The position numbers were made by a program, and so were the translations under genes. A stretch of DNA of 32,128 nucleotides from Draconibacterium orientale (GTDB taxonomy: Bacteria; Bacteroidota; Bacteroidia; Bacteroidales; JAADGE01), in NCBI GenBank assembly GCA_020718265.1, contig DYSM01000002.1:1-32128 (forward strand), given 5' to 3'. This document shows, piece after piece, positions 18,776-27,591 of this stretch. Below the pieces are notes generated by a model, which saw only the letters and a program-made list of their open reading frames with translations, was not told the origin of the DNA and made no database searches. How positions within the stretch are numbered: the stretch's first letter is position 1; each line of letters starts with the position of its first letter.

Positions 18776-18828
18776 CTTAACTTTATAGCTTAGAATTTTT
18801 TAGGTTGTAATTTTAAATATATCATGAT

Positions 18829-21276
18829 ATGAGAATTTTTTTTAGCCTTCTTTTTTTTGTAACACTTTCATTTTTTAGTTTTGCCCAAGTAAAAAATGTC
18901 AATCCGAATATTTCGGGTGAGCCTTGGTTACTTGGAGGTTTAAGAATTCCGTCTACGGCAGAATTGAGTAGGATTCCGGAATTTCAGTCCGAAAAAAACT
19001 TTTCTGCTAAAAATTTACCAACAAGTTTGGATAATACGACACAACCGTATTTTCGTTCGATTTTTAATCAAGATCACGGAAGTTGCGCTCAAGCAAGCGG
19101 AATCGGATATGCGTTTACTTACGAGATGAATCGCGCTCGCGGAACATCGGCAAATTCAACTTCTACGCAATATCCGTCCCATTATACTTATAATTTTTTG
19201 AACTCGGGCAACGGCAATAACGGTTCGTGGTATCAGGACGGTTGGGATATTATTCGTGCGAACGGTTGTCCGACTGTTGCAACTTACGGCGGAATGGCAA
19301 TTTCTGATACACATTGGATGTCGGGTTTTGCCAAATATGAATCCGCTTTTGCAAATCGTTTGACCGATTATTTTTCAATAGATGTGTCCACACCCGAAGG
19401 TTTATCTGTTTTGAAACATTGGTTTTACGACCATTTGGACGGTTCTGCCGTTGGCGGAGTTGCTAATTTTGCAGCCGGAATTAGTATTGATGATTATTAT
19501 TTGGACGGAAATATTGTAACAAAATGGGGATATTCCGTAAATCACGCCATGACTTTCGTGGGTTGGGATGATAATGTTGAGTATGATTTCAGCGGCGACG
19601 GCAATATCACTAACGATGTGGACATAAACGGCGACCAAATTGTGGACATGCGCGATTGGGAACGCGGTGCTTTGGTCATGGTAAATTCTTGGGGCACAGG
19701 CTGGGCTGCCGGCGGAAAAGCGTATGTAATGTATAAATTACTTGCCGAACCGGTTTCAAACGGCGGTATTTTCGAAGGCAAAGTTTACGCTATAAATGTT
19801 CGTGAAAACTATTCGCCGCATTTGACAATGAAGGTTAAAATGAGCCACAATTCGAGAGAAAATATTAAAATTCGAGCCGGTATTTCTACCGATTTGAATG
19901 CAACTTTGCCTGACCATATTATCGAATTTCCGCTGTTTAACAGACAAGGCGGCGCGTATGATATGCTTGGAAATTGGACTTCCGACCCTATTGAAGTTGC
20001 TTTCGATATAACTCCGCTTCTAAGTTTTGTTAATTCCGAAGCCAATGCTAAATACTTTTTGATGGTTACAGAGTATGATTATTCCGACGTTTCATCGGGC
20101 GAAATTTTAAGTTTTTCCGTCAAAAATTCGGAGAATGAATTTGTTTCCGATTCTCATAATGTCCAGATATTGAATAATTCTACGACCTATCTTTCGGTTA
20201 GTGCGGTCGCAAGTTTTGACAGTCCTGCTATCGCAAATTCAGTGCTGACACAAGGAGCTGAAAATTCAGAATATTTCGAACAACTTACAGCTTCGGGCGG
20301 GAATGCACCGTATTCTTGGTCTATATTATCCGAATTTACGGAATTTTCGAGTAACGAAACTTTTCCGGCAATTACGGAAAATGCGCTCGCCGTAACGAAT
20401 GAAGATGATGGTTTTGGCGAACAAACTCTGGAATTTGACTTCCCTTTTTACGGAAATACTTACAGAACATTGTATCCGCTAACGGATGGTTCAATCGTTT
20501 TTGTGCCTGAGTTTAATTATTTGAGAACAGAGGAAGCTCTAAAATCGACTAAAATGATTGCTGTTTTCGCATCAGATTTGTGGCTGATTCCTGCTTACGG
20601 ACACGGCATTTTTTATTCAGGAGATGCACAATCTGCAACTTTTCGCTGGAAAACTACAGCTTGGGGGAATGAAAATGCTTCTGTGGATGTTGCCGTTAAA
20701 CTTTACGCGGACGGCACTGTCGAAATGTTTTACGGAGACGGTATTGTTGGTGCTGTGGGAGCTTCGGGTATTTCAAACGGCGACGGCATAAACTATACAA
20801 TTTCGTCAAATTCAAATTCGGAACTGCCGAGCAATAAAGCGTTCTTATACGAGCCGGAACCATTTCCGATTGGCATGAACTTTAGTCAAGATGGTATTTT
20901 TTACGGAACACCTCTTGAAAGCGGTTCGTGGGATATTCGGTTTTCTGTCCGCGATTTTAATAACATTTCAAAGTCTAAAACCTTGAATTTTAGTGTTATT
21001 TCAAGCGAGATTCAATCTGTCAGTAACACATCTTTCACCGTTTACCCTAACCCTGCAAAGAATGTTGTGATTTTTGATTTTGGGAAAACAATAGATTCTG
21101 ACGTGAAAATTTCAATTTTTGATATTACCGGACGACCTGTTGTCTGTTTACAAAATTCTATAAATCGAAATGAAGTTTCATGGAAAATTCCTCAAAATCA
21201 ACCTAACGGAATTTATTTTTGTGAAACGGAAATTTCGGGACACAAATATCGACGTAAGTTTATCATTTCAAAATAG
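18829..21276 (+). CDS. T9SS-secreted papain-like (C1 family) cysteine peptidase with Ig-like domains and a Por C-terminal sorting domain
   Basis: 815 aa with a signal peptide. Catalytic triad contexts are QDHGSCAQASG (Cys), VNHAMTFVGWDD (His) and VNSWGTGWAAGGKAYV (Asn-Ser-Trp). Acidic DxDxDG-like insertion DFSGDGNITNDVDINGDQIVDMRD. He_PIG-like segments (GGNAPYSWSIL; GIFYGTPLESGSWD). C-terminal T9SS domain FTVYPNPAKNVVIFDF...NGIYFCE...RRKFIISK. Confidence 0.8.
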   Translation: MRIFFSLLFFVTLSFFSFAQVKNVNPNISGEPWLLGGLRIPSTAELSRIPEFQSEKNFSAKNLPTSLDNTTQPYFRSIFNQDHGSCAQASGIGYAFTYEMNRARGTSANSTSTQYPSHYTYNFLNSGNGNNGSWYQDGWDIIRANGCPTVATYGGMAISDTHWMSGFAKYESAFANRLTDYFSIDVSTPEGLSVLKHWFYDHLDGSAVGGVANFAAGISIDDYYLDGNIVTKWGYSVNHAMTFVGWDDNVEYDFSGDGNITNDVDINGDQIVDMRDWERGALVMVNSWGTGWAAGGKAYVMYKLLAEPVSNGGIFEGKVYAINVRENYSPHLTMKVKMSHNSRENIKIRAGISTDLNATLPDHIIEFPLFNRQGGAYDMLGNWTSDPIEVAFDITPLLSFVNSEANAKYFLMVTEYDYSDVSSGEILSFSVKNSENEFVSDSHNVQILNNSTTYLSVSAVASFDSPAIANSVLTQGAENSEYFEQLTASGGNAPYSWSILSEFTEFSSNETFPAITENALAVTNEDDGFGEQTLEFDFPFYGNTYRTLYPLTDGSIVFVPEFNYLRTEEALKSTKMIAVFASDLWLIPAYGHGIFYSGDAQSATFRWKTTAWGNENASVDVAVKLYADGTVEMFYGDGIVGAVGASGISNGDGINYTISSNSNSELPSNKAFLYEPEPFPIGMNFSQDGIFYGTPLESGSWDIRFSVRDFNNISKSKTLNFSVISSEIQSVSNTSFTVYPNPAKNVVIFDFGKTIDSDVKISIFDITGRPVVCLQNSINRNEVSWKIPQNQPNGIYFCETEISGHKYRRKFIISK

Positions 21277-21287
21277 ATAAAAATAAG

Positions 21288-21316
21288 AAACGCTCGAATT
21301 GTCGAGCGTTTTTTTA
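21288..21316. terminator. Bidirectional intrinsic terminator between the convergent peptidase gene and rnpA
   Basis: Perfect stem AAACGCTCGA / TCGAGCGTTT (21288-21297 / 21302-21311) with a 4-nt loop. A T-run follows on the + strand (TTTTTTTA), and a T-rich tract follows on the minus strand. Confidence 0.7.
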
Positions 21317-21727
21317 TTGTTCGGGTTCTGTTCTTGCGTTCGATTTTTCAATATCTGCATGTATCACTTTAATCGTTTTTTCTATTATAGTGTCGATTGA
21401 TTTTCCAATGGTTTCAAAAGATTCCGGATAATTTTTTTTATAGATAAAAAAAGCAGTTAAGTTTATGCCGTTTTCGATGCACAGATGGCTGACAGAGTGT
21501 TTTTTTTGTCTGATTGATTCGGTAGTTCGTCGTTTTATTAAATTGCGTTGTACGGCATGTTTGATATGTTTTTTAGGAATACTGATTCCAATACGAATGC
21601 CTGTATCAGCATCGCTCGAAATTGTATAAATAAATTTGTAGCAGTCTGAATACAAAAAATGCCCGGACTTGAACAGTTCGGACACTTCTTTGTGTGTGTG
21701 TAAGCGTTCTCTTTTTGGGAATTTCAT
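21314..21727 (-). CDS. rnpA: Ribonuclease P protein component RnpA
   Basis: 137 aa. N-terminal FPKRERL, plus the RNR-type basic motif ISIPKKHIKHAVQRNLIKRRTTESIR. ATG overlaps the upstream gene stop (ATGA). Confidence 0.85.
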   Translation of the reverse strand: MKFPKRERLHTHKEVSELFKSGHFLYSDCYKFIYTISSDADTGIRIGISIPKKHIKHAVQRNLIKRRTTESIRQKKHSVSHLCIENGINLTAFFIYKKNYPESFETIGKSIDTIIEKTIKVIHADIEKSNARTEPEQ

Positions 21728-22485
21728 TCCGTACCTGCTTTTTTGAGTTGTGCTTTGACGTAGTTTTCAAGCGCCATAATCATGGACGGAGCTTCTTTAG
21801 TAGGAGCTTTGAAGTCTAATTTCAATTTTGCAGCTTTTATAGCTTTTGCAGTCGATGGTCCGAAACATGCAATTGCCGTTTTTTTCTGATTGAAATTCGG
21901 GAAATTTTCTAAAAGCGATTGTATTCCGGCCGGTGTAAAAAAGACTAATACATCGTAAACCGCAACGTCCGGAATGTCTGATAGAACGGCACTTACGGTT
22001 TTGTACATAATTGTCGGAGTAACCTTGAATTTTGCCTTCTTCATTTTTGCGAGTGCACTCGGTTGATGCACACTGGATATTGGCATCAGGTAGTTTTCGT
22101 CGGCGTGTTTTTTCATTAATTCCATCACGTCATCCAAACTCCGCTCGCCGAAAAATATTTTTCGTTTACGAAATGTAATGTATTTTTGTAAATAATACGC
22201 AACAGCCTCGGTTACACAGAAAAATTTCATTGTCGCCGGAATTGTTACTCGCATTTCTTCGGCAAGCCTAAAATAGTTATCCACAGCCATTTTGCTGTTC
22301 ATAATAACACCTGTAAAATCCAACAGGTTTAACTTCTGTTTTCTATATTCGGAAACTGTAAGTCCTTCAACTTTAATGAATTGTCTAAATTCAATCGTCA
22401 AACCGTATTTCTGTTCGAGTTCTTTATACGGCGATGACTCGCTCTGCGGGACAGGTTGCGAAATGAGTATTCGTTTTATTTTCAC
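21724..22485 (-). CDS. hemD: Uroporphyrinogen-III synthase (HemD) family protein, Bacteroidota type
   Basis: 253 aa. The N-terminus MKIKRILISQPVPQSESSPYKELEQKYGLTIEFRQFIKVEG and the rest align by eye with the conserved Bacteroidota HemD-like protein that sits upstream of rnpA. Confidence 0.7.
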   Translation of the reverse strand: MKIKRILISQPVPQSESSPYKELEQKYGLTIEFRQFIKVEGLTVSEYRKQKLNLLDFTGVIMNSKMAVDNYFRLAEEMRVTIPATMKFFCVTEAVAYYLQKYITFRKRKIFFGERSLDDVMELMKKHADENYLMPISSVHQPSALAKMKKAKFKVTPTIMYKTVSAVLSDIPDVAVYDVLVFFTPAGIQSLLENFPNFNQKKTAIACFGPSTAKAIKAAKLKLDFKAPTKEAPSMIMALENYVKAQLKKAGTE

Positions 22486-22532
22486 AACTTCTTATATTTA
22501 TGGGTTCTACTTCGCAATTTTTTTAGACTTAT

Positions 22533-23480
22533 CTATTTGATAACGAAATGTATAGCCGCTCTACATAGTGCGAAAAACGGTAAAATTTCGAGAATGCAAA
22601 GATATAAAAATAAATATGATATTCTAATATTGCTTTTGATATTTATTTTATAAAGTCTGAATATTCGCAGGATATAGCCCATAATAAATACAAACACAAC
22701 TGTGCCTATGGCTGTTTCCGGGTATGGCGTGTAGGCGATTCCGAAAATTCCGATGTAAAAAATAATCGTAAGATACGTGTTTATTTGGTTGATGTGAAAG
22801 CTGTATTCGGAGTCGGCATGTTTGACTCTAAAAATAAAAGCTCCGATTTTTGACAAAATATTTCGGCTCAACTTCAACGCACTTAACATCAAGGCGATGC
22901 CGCCTATGGAGAACAGATAATTGAGTTCGGACGTAAATTCAAAATACTGCAGAATTTGATATGCAAAGATGCTGAAATTCAGAATGTATAGTAAATTCAT
23001 CCACAGCATTATTAAACTTGGATTTTTTTTATGTTCGGTGTACAGCGCATACGATAGCGTATAGCCCATGATAGAACTAAAAAGTTTTCCGAAAAATGCC
23101 GAACGCACTTGTTTTATAACAATCAATGCCCCTAAACCGAGCAAAGATGCAAGCAAAATCCAGTCGGCACTGTATTTATCTTGCGGAGTTATCGGTTTTA
23201 TCTGATTTACAGTCATTTCAGCTCCAAAACTACTTGGCTGATACTCCGGATATTGAATTATTGTATTTTTGTTATTATTTAAAGATGAGCTATTTAGCGA
23301 AATTTCCGAAGTTTTGAGTTTTTCGCCGGGAGCATTTACTTCCTCATTAAATATATTAAAACGTTTGAACTCCGAAAGTCGTCCGAGTTCTGATATTTTC
23401 ATGCTGTGGTACAGCATATAAGACAGATTTGAGGAATCTGCTAAGTTTGAATTTTGTATTATGGATAGATTTTTACTCAA
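22533..23480 (-). CDS. Polytopic membrane protein, DUF4271-like
   Basis: 315 aa. A soluble S/N-rich N-terminal part, then about 6 hydrophobic helices. Position upstream of hemD-like and rnpA matches the DUF4271 neighbourhood known in Bacteroidota (recalled, not searched). Confidence 0.55.
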   Translation of the reverse strand: MSKNLSIIQNSNLADSSNLSYMLYHSMKISELGRLSEFKRFNIFNEEVNAPGEKLKTSEISLNSSSLNNNKNTIIQYPEYQPSSFGAEMTVNQIKPITPQDKYSADWILLASLLGLGALIVIKQVRSAFFGKLFSSIMGYTLSYALYTEHKKNPSLIMLWMNLLYILNFSIFAYQILQYFEFTSELNYLFSIGGIALMLSALKLSRNILSKIGAFIFRVKHADSEYSFHINQINTYLTIIFYIGIFGIAYTPYPETAIGTVVFVFIMGYILRIFRLYKINIKSNIRISYLFLYLCILEILPFFALCRAAIHFVIK

Positions 23481-23604
23481 ATTTGTTTTCGGATAAGAAT
23501 TATAAAATTTTTAAAGCAAAGTTATTGTTTTTATTTTACTTTGTGAAATGTTTCGTATTTTTCATGTTAAAATAGTATTTACTTTGTAATCATTTTTGTA
23601 GTAT

Positions 23605-24780
23605 ATGTCTCATTATCAATATCCCGATTATTTTAAAATCGACGATTTACTCACTCAGGAGCAACTTCTTGTCAGGCAATCCGTGCGCGATTGGGTGATA
23701 AGAAACGTAAAACCCGTCATCGAAACTGCAGCTCAAGACCACATTTCGCCAAATTTTTTGATTCGTGAGATGGGTGAGCTTGGTGTTTTGGGGTCTTTTT
23801 TGCCGGTCGAATACGGCGGAGGCGGTTTTGATAAAATTACTTACGGCATTATGATGCAAGAGCTTGAAGCCGGCGATTCTGCGATTCGTTCAACGGCATC
23901 CGTGCAAAGTTCGCTCGTAATGTTGCCTCTTTTTTTGTTTGGGACAGAAGAGCAGAAACAGCGTTTTTTGCCTAAATTAGGGAAAGGCGAGCTTGTCGGT
24001 GCGTTCGGACTTACGGAGCCAAATTTTGGTTCCGATCCGGGTGGAATGACTGCAAATCTGAAAGACAAAGGCGATTATTTTGTGCTAAACGGCTCGAAAA
24101 TGTGGATTACCAACGCGCCGATTTGCGACCTCGCGGTGGTTTGGGCAAAAGACGAGGTCGGAAAAATTCGCGGAATTATTGTCGAGCGTGGCATGAAAGG
24201 GTTTTCGACTCCGGAAACGTTCAACAAATGGTCCTTGCGCGCCTCTGCAACGGGCGAACTAGTGTTTGATAATGTCCATGTTCCGAAAGAAAATCTTTTG
24301 CCGGGCGTTGTAGGCTTAAAAGGTCCGATGACATGCTTAAATTCAGCTCGTTACGGCATAGCTTGGGGCGCAATCGGTGCGGCTTCCGATTGTTATTCTA
24401 CGGCACTAAACTACGCGCTCGAACGAAAACAGTTTGATAAACCGATTGCAGGATTTCAGCTCACGCAAAAAAAACTTGCCGAAATGCTGACCCAAATCAC
24501 AGCTGCGCAACTCATGGCTCTCCGACTTGGACAATTGGCTGATAATGAAAAAGCTACGCCCGCACAAATTTCTATGCTCAAACGCCATAATGTTCAAACC
24601 GCACTCAACGTTGCGCGCGAAGCAAGGCAAATACTCGGAGCAATGGGCATAACAGGCGATTTTCCGATTATGCGACACATGATGAACCTCGAATCCGTTA
24701 CAACTTACGAGGGTACGCACGACATTCATTTATTGATTTCCGGTTATGATATTACCGGTATTTCAGCTTTTAAACCTTGA
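23605..24780 (+). CDS. Acyl-CoA dehydrogenase, glutaryl-CoA dehydrogenase-like
   Basis: 391 aa. ACAD N, middle and C-terminal domains. Motifs GAFGLTEPNFGSDPGGM, KMWITNAP, WSLRASATGELVFDNV, and C-terminal YEGTHDIHLLI. Confidence 0.85.
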   Translation: MSHYQYPDYFKIDDLLTQEQLLVRQSVRDWVIRNVKPVIETAAQDHISPNFLIREMGELGVLGSFLPVEYGGGGFDKITYGIMMQELEAGDSAIRSTASVQSSLVMLPLFLFGTEEQKQRFLPKLGKGELVGAFGLTEPNFGSDPGGMTANLKDKGDYFVLNGSKMWITNAPICDLAVVWAKDEVGKIRGIIVERGMKGFSTPETFNKWSLRASATGELVFDNVHVPKENLLPGVVGLKGPMTCLNSARYGIAWGAIGAASDCYSTALNYALERKQFDKPIAGFQLTQKKLAEMLTQITAAQLMALRLGQLADNEKATPAQISMLKRHNVQTALNVAREARQILGAMGITGDFPIMRHMMNLESVTTYEGTHDIHLLISGYDITGISAFKP

Positions 24781-24806
24781 TATCGAACATTTTAATTATC
24801 TATATT

Positions 24807-26468
24807 ATGAATAATTTTTTAAAAAAAAGACTTTGGTTGATACTTGTCGGAGCTGTGGCTTTGATTGGTTTTACGAGTTATACCTTGTTTGGCGATGATG
24901 ATGATTTTGAAATTGCAAAAAGTTTGGAAATTTATCATTCCGTTTTGCGCGATGCCCGCATTTATTATGTTGATGATGTGGATTACGCAAAGTTAATTAA
25001 CCAAAGTACGCAGGAATTGCTTGCCAAACTTGACCCTTATACGGTTTACTATCCGGAATCTTTGATAGAAGATTATACGTTTATGACCACAGGTGCCTAT
25101 GCAGGTATTGGGGCAGACATCGGCGAATATAACAACTCGTTGATTATTACGGATGTTTATAAAAATTCGCCCGCAGACAAAGCCGGTCTGAAAATTGGCG
25201 ATAAAATTGAAGCAATTCAAGGCGAACTTGTTACAAAATCGAATATTTCTGTAGTCAAAGAAAACGTTAAAGGTGAGCCGGGCAGCAGTATTTTGCTTAG
25301 AATTAGTCGGTTAAATACTGATAACAAAGAGTTCACCGTTGTGAGAGAGAAAATAGAAACTCCCGATGTAACTTATTTCGGCTTTATTGATGAGAAAATT
25401 GGATATGTTAAGCTGACAGGTTTTCGGCAAAACGCGGCACAAGAAGTGCAAAAAGCAATTCAATCAATGAATGACTCCGTGAAACTCTCGGGACTTGTGC
25501 TTGATATGCGCGGAAATCCGGGCGGATTACTCATTGAAGCTGTAAAAATTGTCAATCTTTTTGTAAAAAAAAATCAAGAAATAGTAAGTACACGCGGGCG
25601 CGTTGCTCAATGGAATTCTGTGTTTAAAACTGAAAACCTGCCGCTTTTTCCCGATTTGCCCTTAGTTGTGCTCGTAAACAGTTCATCTGCATCGGCATCG
25701 GAAATAGTTTCGGGAGCTTTGCAAGATTTAGACCGAGCTGTTATCGTAGGCGAACGCACTTATGGAAAAGGACTCGTGCAAGCCACGCGCGACCTTGTTT
25801 ACAATACAAAAATTAAAATCACGACCGCAAAATATTACATACCGAGCGGCAGGTGTGTTCAGGCATTGGATTACACGCATCGCAACCCCGACGGAAGCGT
25901 CGGAAAAGTGCCCGATTCGCTCGTAACGGAGTATAAAACCCAAAACGGTAGGGTTGTTTACGACGGCGGCGGCGTAATTCCTGATGTTGCAGTTTCTGCG
26001 GTCGGTAACAAGCAGTTTTTGGAATTTCCGCAGTTACGTAAACTTATTTTTGATTTTTCAACTGAATATTATTTCAAAAACGAAACGCCTATTAAAACTG
26101 ACAACCTTTTTACAGATAATCGGTTGTTCGAGGAGTTCCGAACGTATGCAAAGTTAAATAAATTTGAATATTACACTAAGAGTGAGTTATACATGGATTC
26201 ATTACTGCAAAATGCTGAAAAAGAATCAGTTAATCGTGATGTTGTAGAACAAATGACAAAACTAAAGCAAGCTATGCACAGCACAGAGGAGTCGTTACTC
26301 AATGTGCACAAGGCAGAAGTCAGCCGTTTACTTGTTTCGGAAATTGTAAAACGCTATCAGTATTTTGAAGGCGAAATTCGTTTTAGTTTTAAAACTGACC
26401 CTTATATCCTAAAAGGCATAGAGTTACTTAAAAATTCAAAATCGATTTCAGAAATTTTAGCATATTAG
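24807..26468 (+). CDS. S41 family C-terminal processing (tail-specific) peptidase with PDZ domain
   Basis: PDZ segment (GIGADIG...SPADKAGLKIGDKI). S41 catalytic motifs DMRGNPGGLL and VLVNSSSASASEIVSGALQD. ATG 24807 (MNNFLKKRLWLILVGAV signal/TM) is preferred over TTG 24777, which overlaps the ACAD stop. Confidence 0.9.
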   Translation: MNNFLKKRLWLILVGAVALIGFTSYTLFGDDDDFEIAKSLEIYHSVLRDARIYYVDDVDYAKLINQSTQELLAKLDPYTVYYPESLIEDYTFMTTGAYAGIGADIGEYNNSLIITDVYKNSPADKAGLKIGDKIEAIQGELVTKSNISVVKENVKGEPGSSILLRISRLNTDNKEFTVVREKIETPDVTYFGFIDEKIGYVKLTGFRQNAAQEVQKAIQSMNDSVKLSGLVLDMRGNPGGLLIEAVKIVNLFVKKNQEIVSTRGRVAQWNSVFKTENLPLFPDLPLVVLVNSSSASASEIVSGALQDLDRAVIVGERTYGKGLVQATRDLVYNTKIKITTAKYYIPSGRCVQALDYTHRNPDGSVGKVPDSLVTEYKTQNGRVVYDGGGVIPDVAVSAVGNKQFLEFPQLRKLIFDFSTEYYFKNETPIKTDNLFTDNRLFEEFRTYAKLNKFEYYTKSELYMDSLLQNAEKESVNRDVVEQMTKLKQAMHSTEESLLNVHKAEVSRLLVSEIVKRYQYFEGEIRFSFKTDPYILKGIELLKNSKSISEILAY

Positions 26469-26625
26469 ATTGAAAAATGTTTATTATTTGGTACAATTAT
26501 TGTATTTCATAATACATCACAATTATTCCGACAAGTGTGATTTACTTGGTGTAATAAATAATTGTATAATGGTTTAAATTTTAGTTTTTTTTTCATATTT
26601 TTCACCGAAATATAAAAAGTTTTAT

Positions 26626-26633
26626 TAAGTTTG
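26626..26633 (+). promoter_or_regulatory. Candidate -7 promoter box (TAAGTTTG) for the small secreted protein gene
   Basis: Matches TAnnTTTG, 35 nt upstream of ATG 26669. No convincing -33 TTTG at canonical spacing. Confidence 0.25.
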
Positions 26634-26668
26634 TCGTGAAATTTTTAGTATAAATACAACGCAGAGTT

Positions 26669-27046
26669 ATGAAAATCAGTAAGATTTCAATATTGTTCAT
26701 AATGTTAGCACTGACAGGGTTCAATGTAAGCTCTTCGTTTGATTTCAACAACCCTTCAGTTACAGTAAGCAGTGAAAAAGTTGAAGAAACAGAAAAAGGG
26801 AAAGTTGTAATACTCTCGCTTAGTTTATGTTCGTCTGCAAATTTGGAAAGTTTTCAGATAACTCCGGACAAACCCGGATTGAATGCAGATTCCGAATTGA
26901 AGTACGTTTTTAATACAATAACAAAGCAAGCATCAGTAAACTACTATTTCTCTGTACCCGAAAATGTTACAGAAGTTTCGTTTACAATGACTTTAAACGA
27001 TACCGACAGAAAGACAATAAAAATTAGAGAAGTTGTAATAAATTAA
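26669..27046 (+). CDS. Small secreted hypothetical protein (beta-rich, no recognisable family)
   Basis: 125 aa. Clear signal peptide MKISKISILFIMLALTGFNVSS. Alternating hydrophobic pattern suggests an Ig-like beta sandwich. Preceded by a 200-bp AT-rich intergenic region. Confidence 0.5.
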   Translation: MKISKISILFIMLALTGFNVSSSFDFNNPSVTVSSEKVEETEKGKVVILSLSLCSSANLESFQITPDKPGLNADSELKYVFNTITKQASVNYYFSVPENVTEVSFTMTLNDTDRKTIKIREVVIN

Positions 27047-27079
27047 ACAATAGTTTACTTTGTTTTAAAAAAAGTTTAG

Positions 27080-27087
27080 TAAATTTG
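27080..27087 (+). promoter_or_regulatory. Candidate -7 promoter box (TAAATTTG) for the SiaC-like gene
   Basis: Exact TAnnTTTG, 33 nt upstream of ATG 27121. A TTTG at 27059-27062 lies 17 nt upstream (short spacing). The tracked TTG start at 27085 falls inside this box, which argues for the ATG 27121 start. Confidence 0.35.
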
Positions 27088-27120
27088 TCAATTCTAAATC
27101 GAAAAAAAATCAAAACGACG

Positions 27121-27513
27121 ATGGAAGTCATAACTATAACGGGCGCGCAAGATACGCCGGCGGTGTTGCTTGACAGAGATAACGGGAAGTTTGAAATCTC
27201 AGGTAAATCATTTCCTGCCGATGTTGGGCAGTTTTATAAACCTATTTTAGATTGGTTGGAGGAATATGCCCAAAACCCAATTGAAAAAACTGTTTTTGTA
27301 ATGAAGATGGATTATTTCAATACCGCTTCATCAAAAGTCATACTTGATATATTATACAAATTAGAGGATATTGCGGGCGACGGTCACAATGTCGAAATAA
27401 AATGGTATTATCCTGACGATGATGAAGATATGAAAGAAACAGGAGAAGAATATGACGAAATTGTCGATGTTCCTTTTGAGTTAATAGAATATACAGTTCA
27501 ATATGAGAACTAA
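27121..27513 (+). CDS. SiaC-family (DUF1987) regulatory phosphoprotein
   Basis: 130 aa from ATG 27121. Aligns by eye along its whole length with P. aeruginosa SiaC: ITG..DTPAV, ISGKSFP, FYKPILDWLEEY, the MDYFNTASSKVILDIL block containing the phospho-acceptor-type Thr, then V.IKWYY and PFELIEY. Confidence 0.8.
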   Translation: MEVITITGAQDTPAVLLDRDNGKFEISGKSFPADVGQFYKPILDWLEEYAQNPIEKTVFVMKMDYFNTASSKVILDILYKLEDIAGDGHNVEIKWYYPDDDEDMKETGEEYDEIVDVPFELIEYTVQYEN

Positions 27514-27558
27514 AGAAATATAAATTTTTTCCTTGTACGTTTGATTTTTGAGTAAGTT

Positions 27559-27591
27559 AGACCTGTTTTTTCGGAAACGGGTCTTCTTTTT
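27559..27591 (+). terminator. Intrinsic terminator after the SiaC-like gene
   Basis: 10-bp stem AGACCTGTTT / AAACGGGTCT (one G-U pair), loop TTTCGG, then TCTTTTT. Lies between the convergent SiaC-like and MoaD-like genes. Confidence 0.65.

Noticed and set aside
22292-22653. Plus-strand ORFs (82 and 65 aa) across the hemD-like / DUF4271 junction
   Set aside because: They are antisense to two supported minus-strand genes, with low-complexity sequences.
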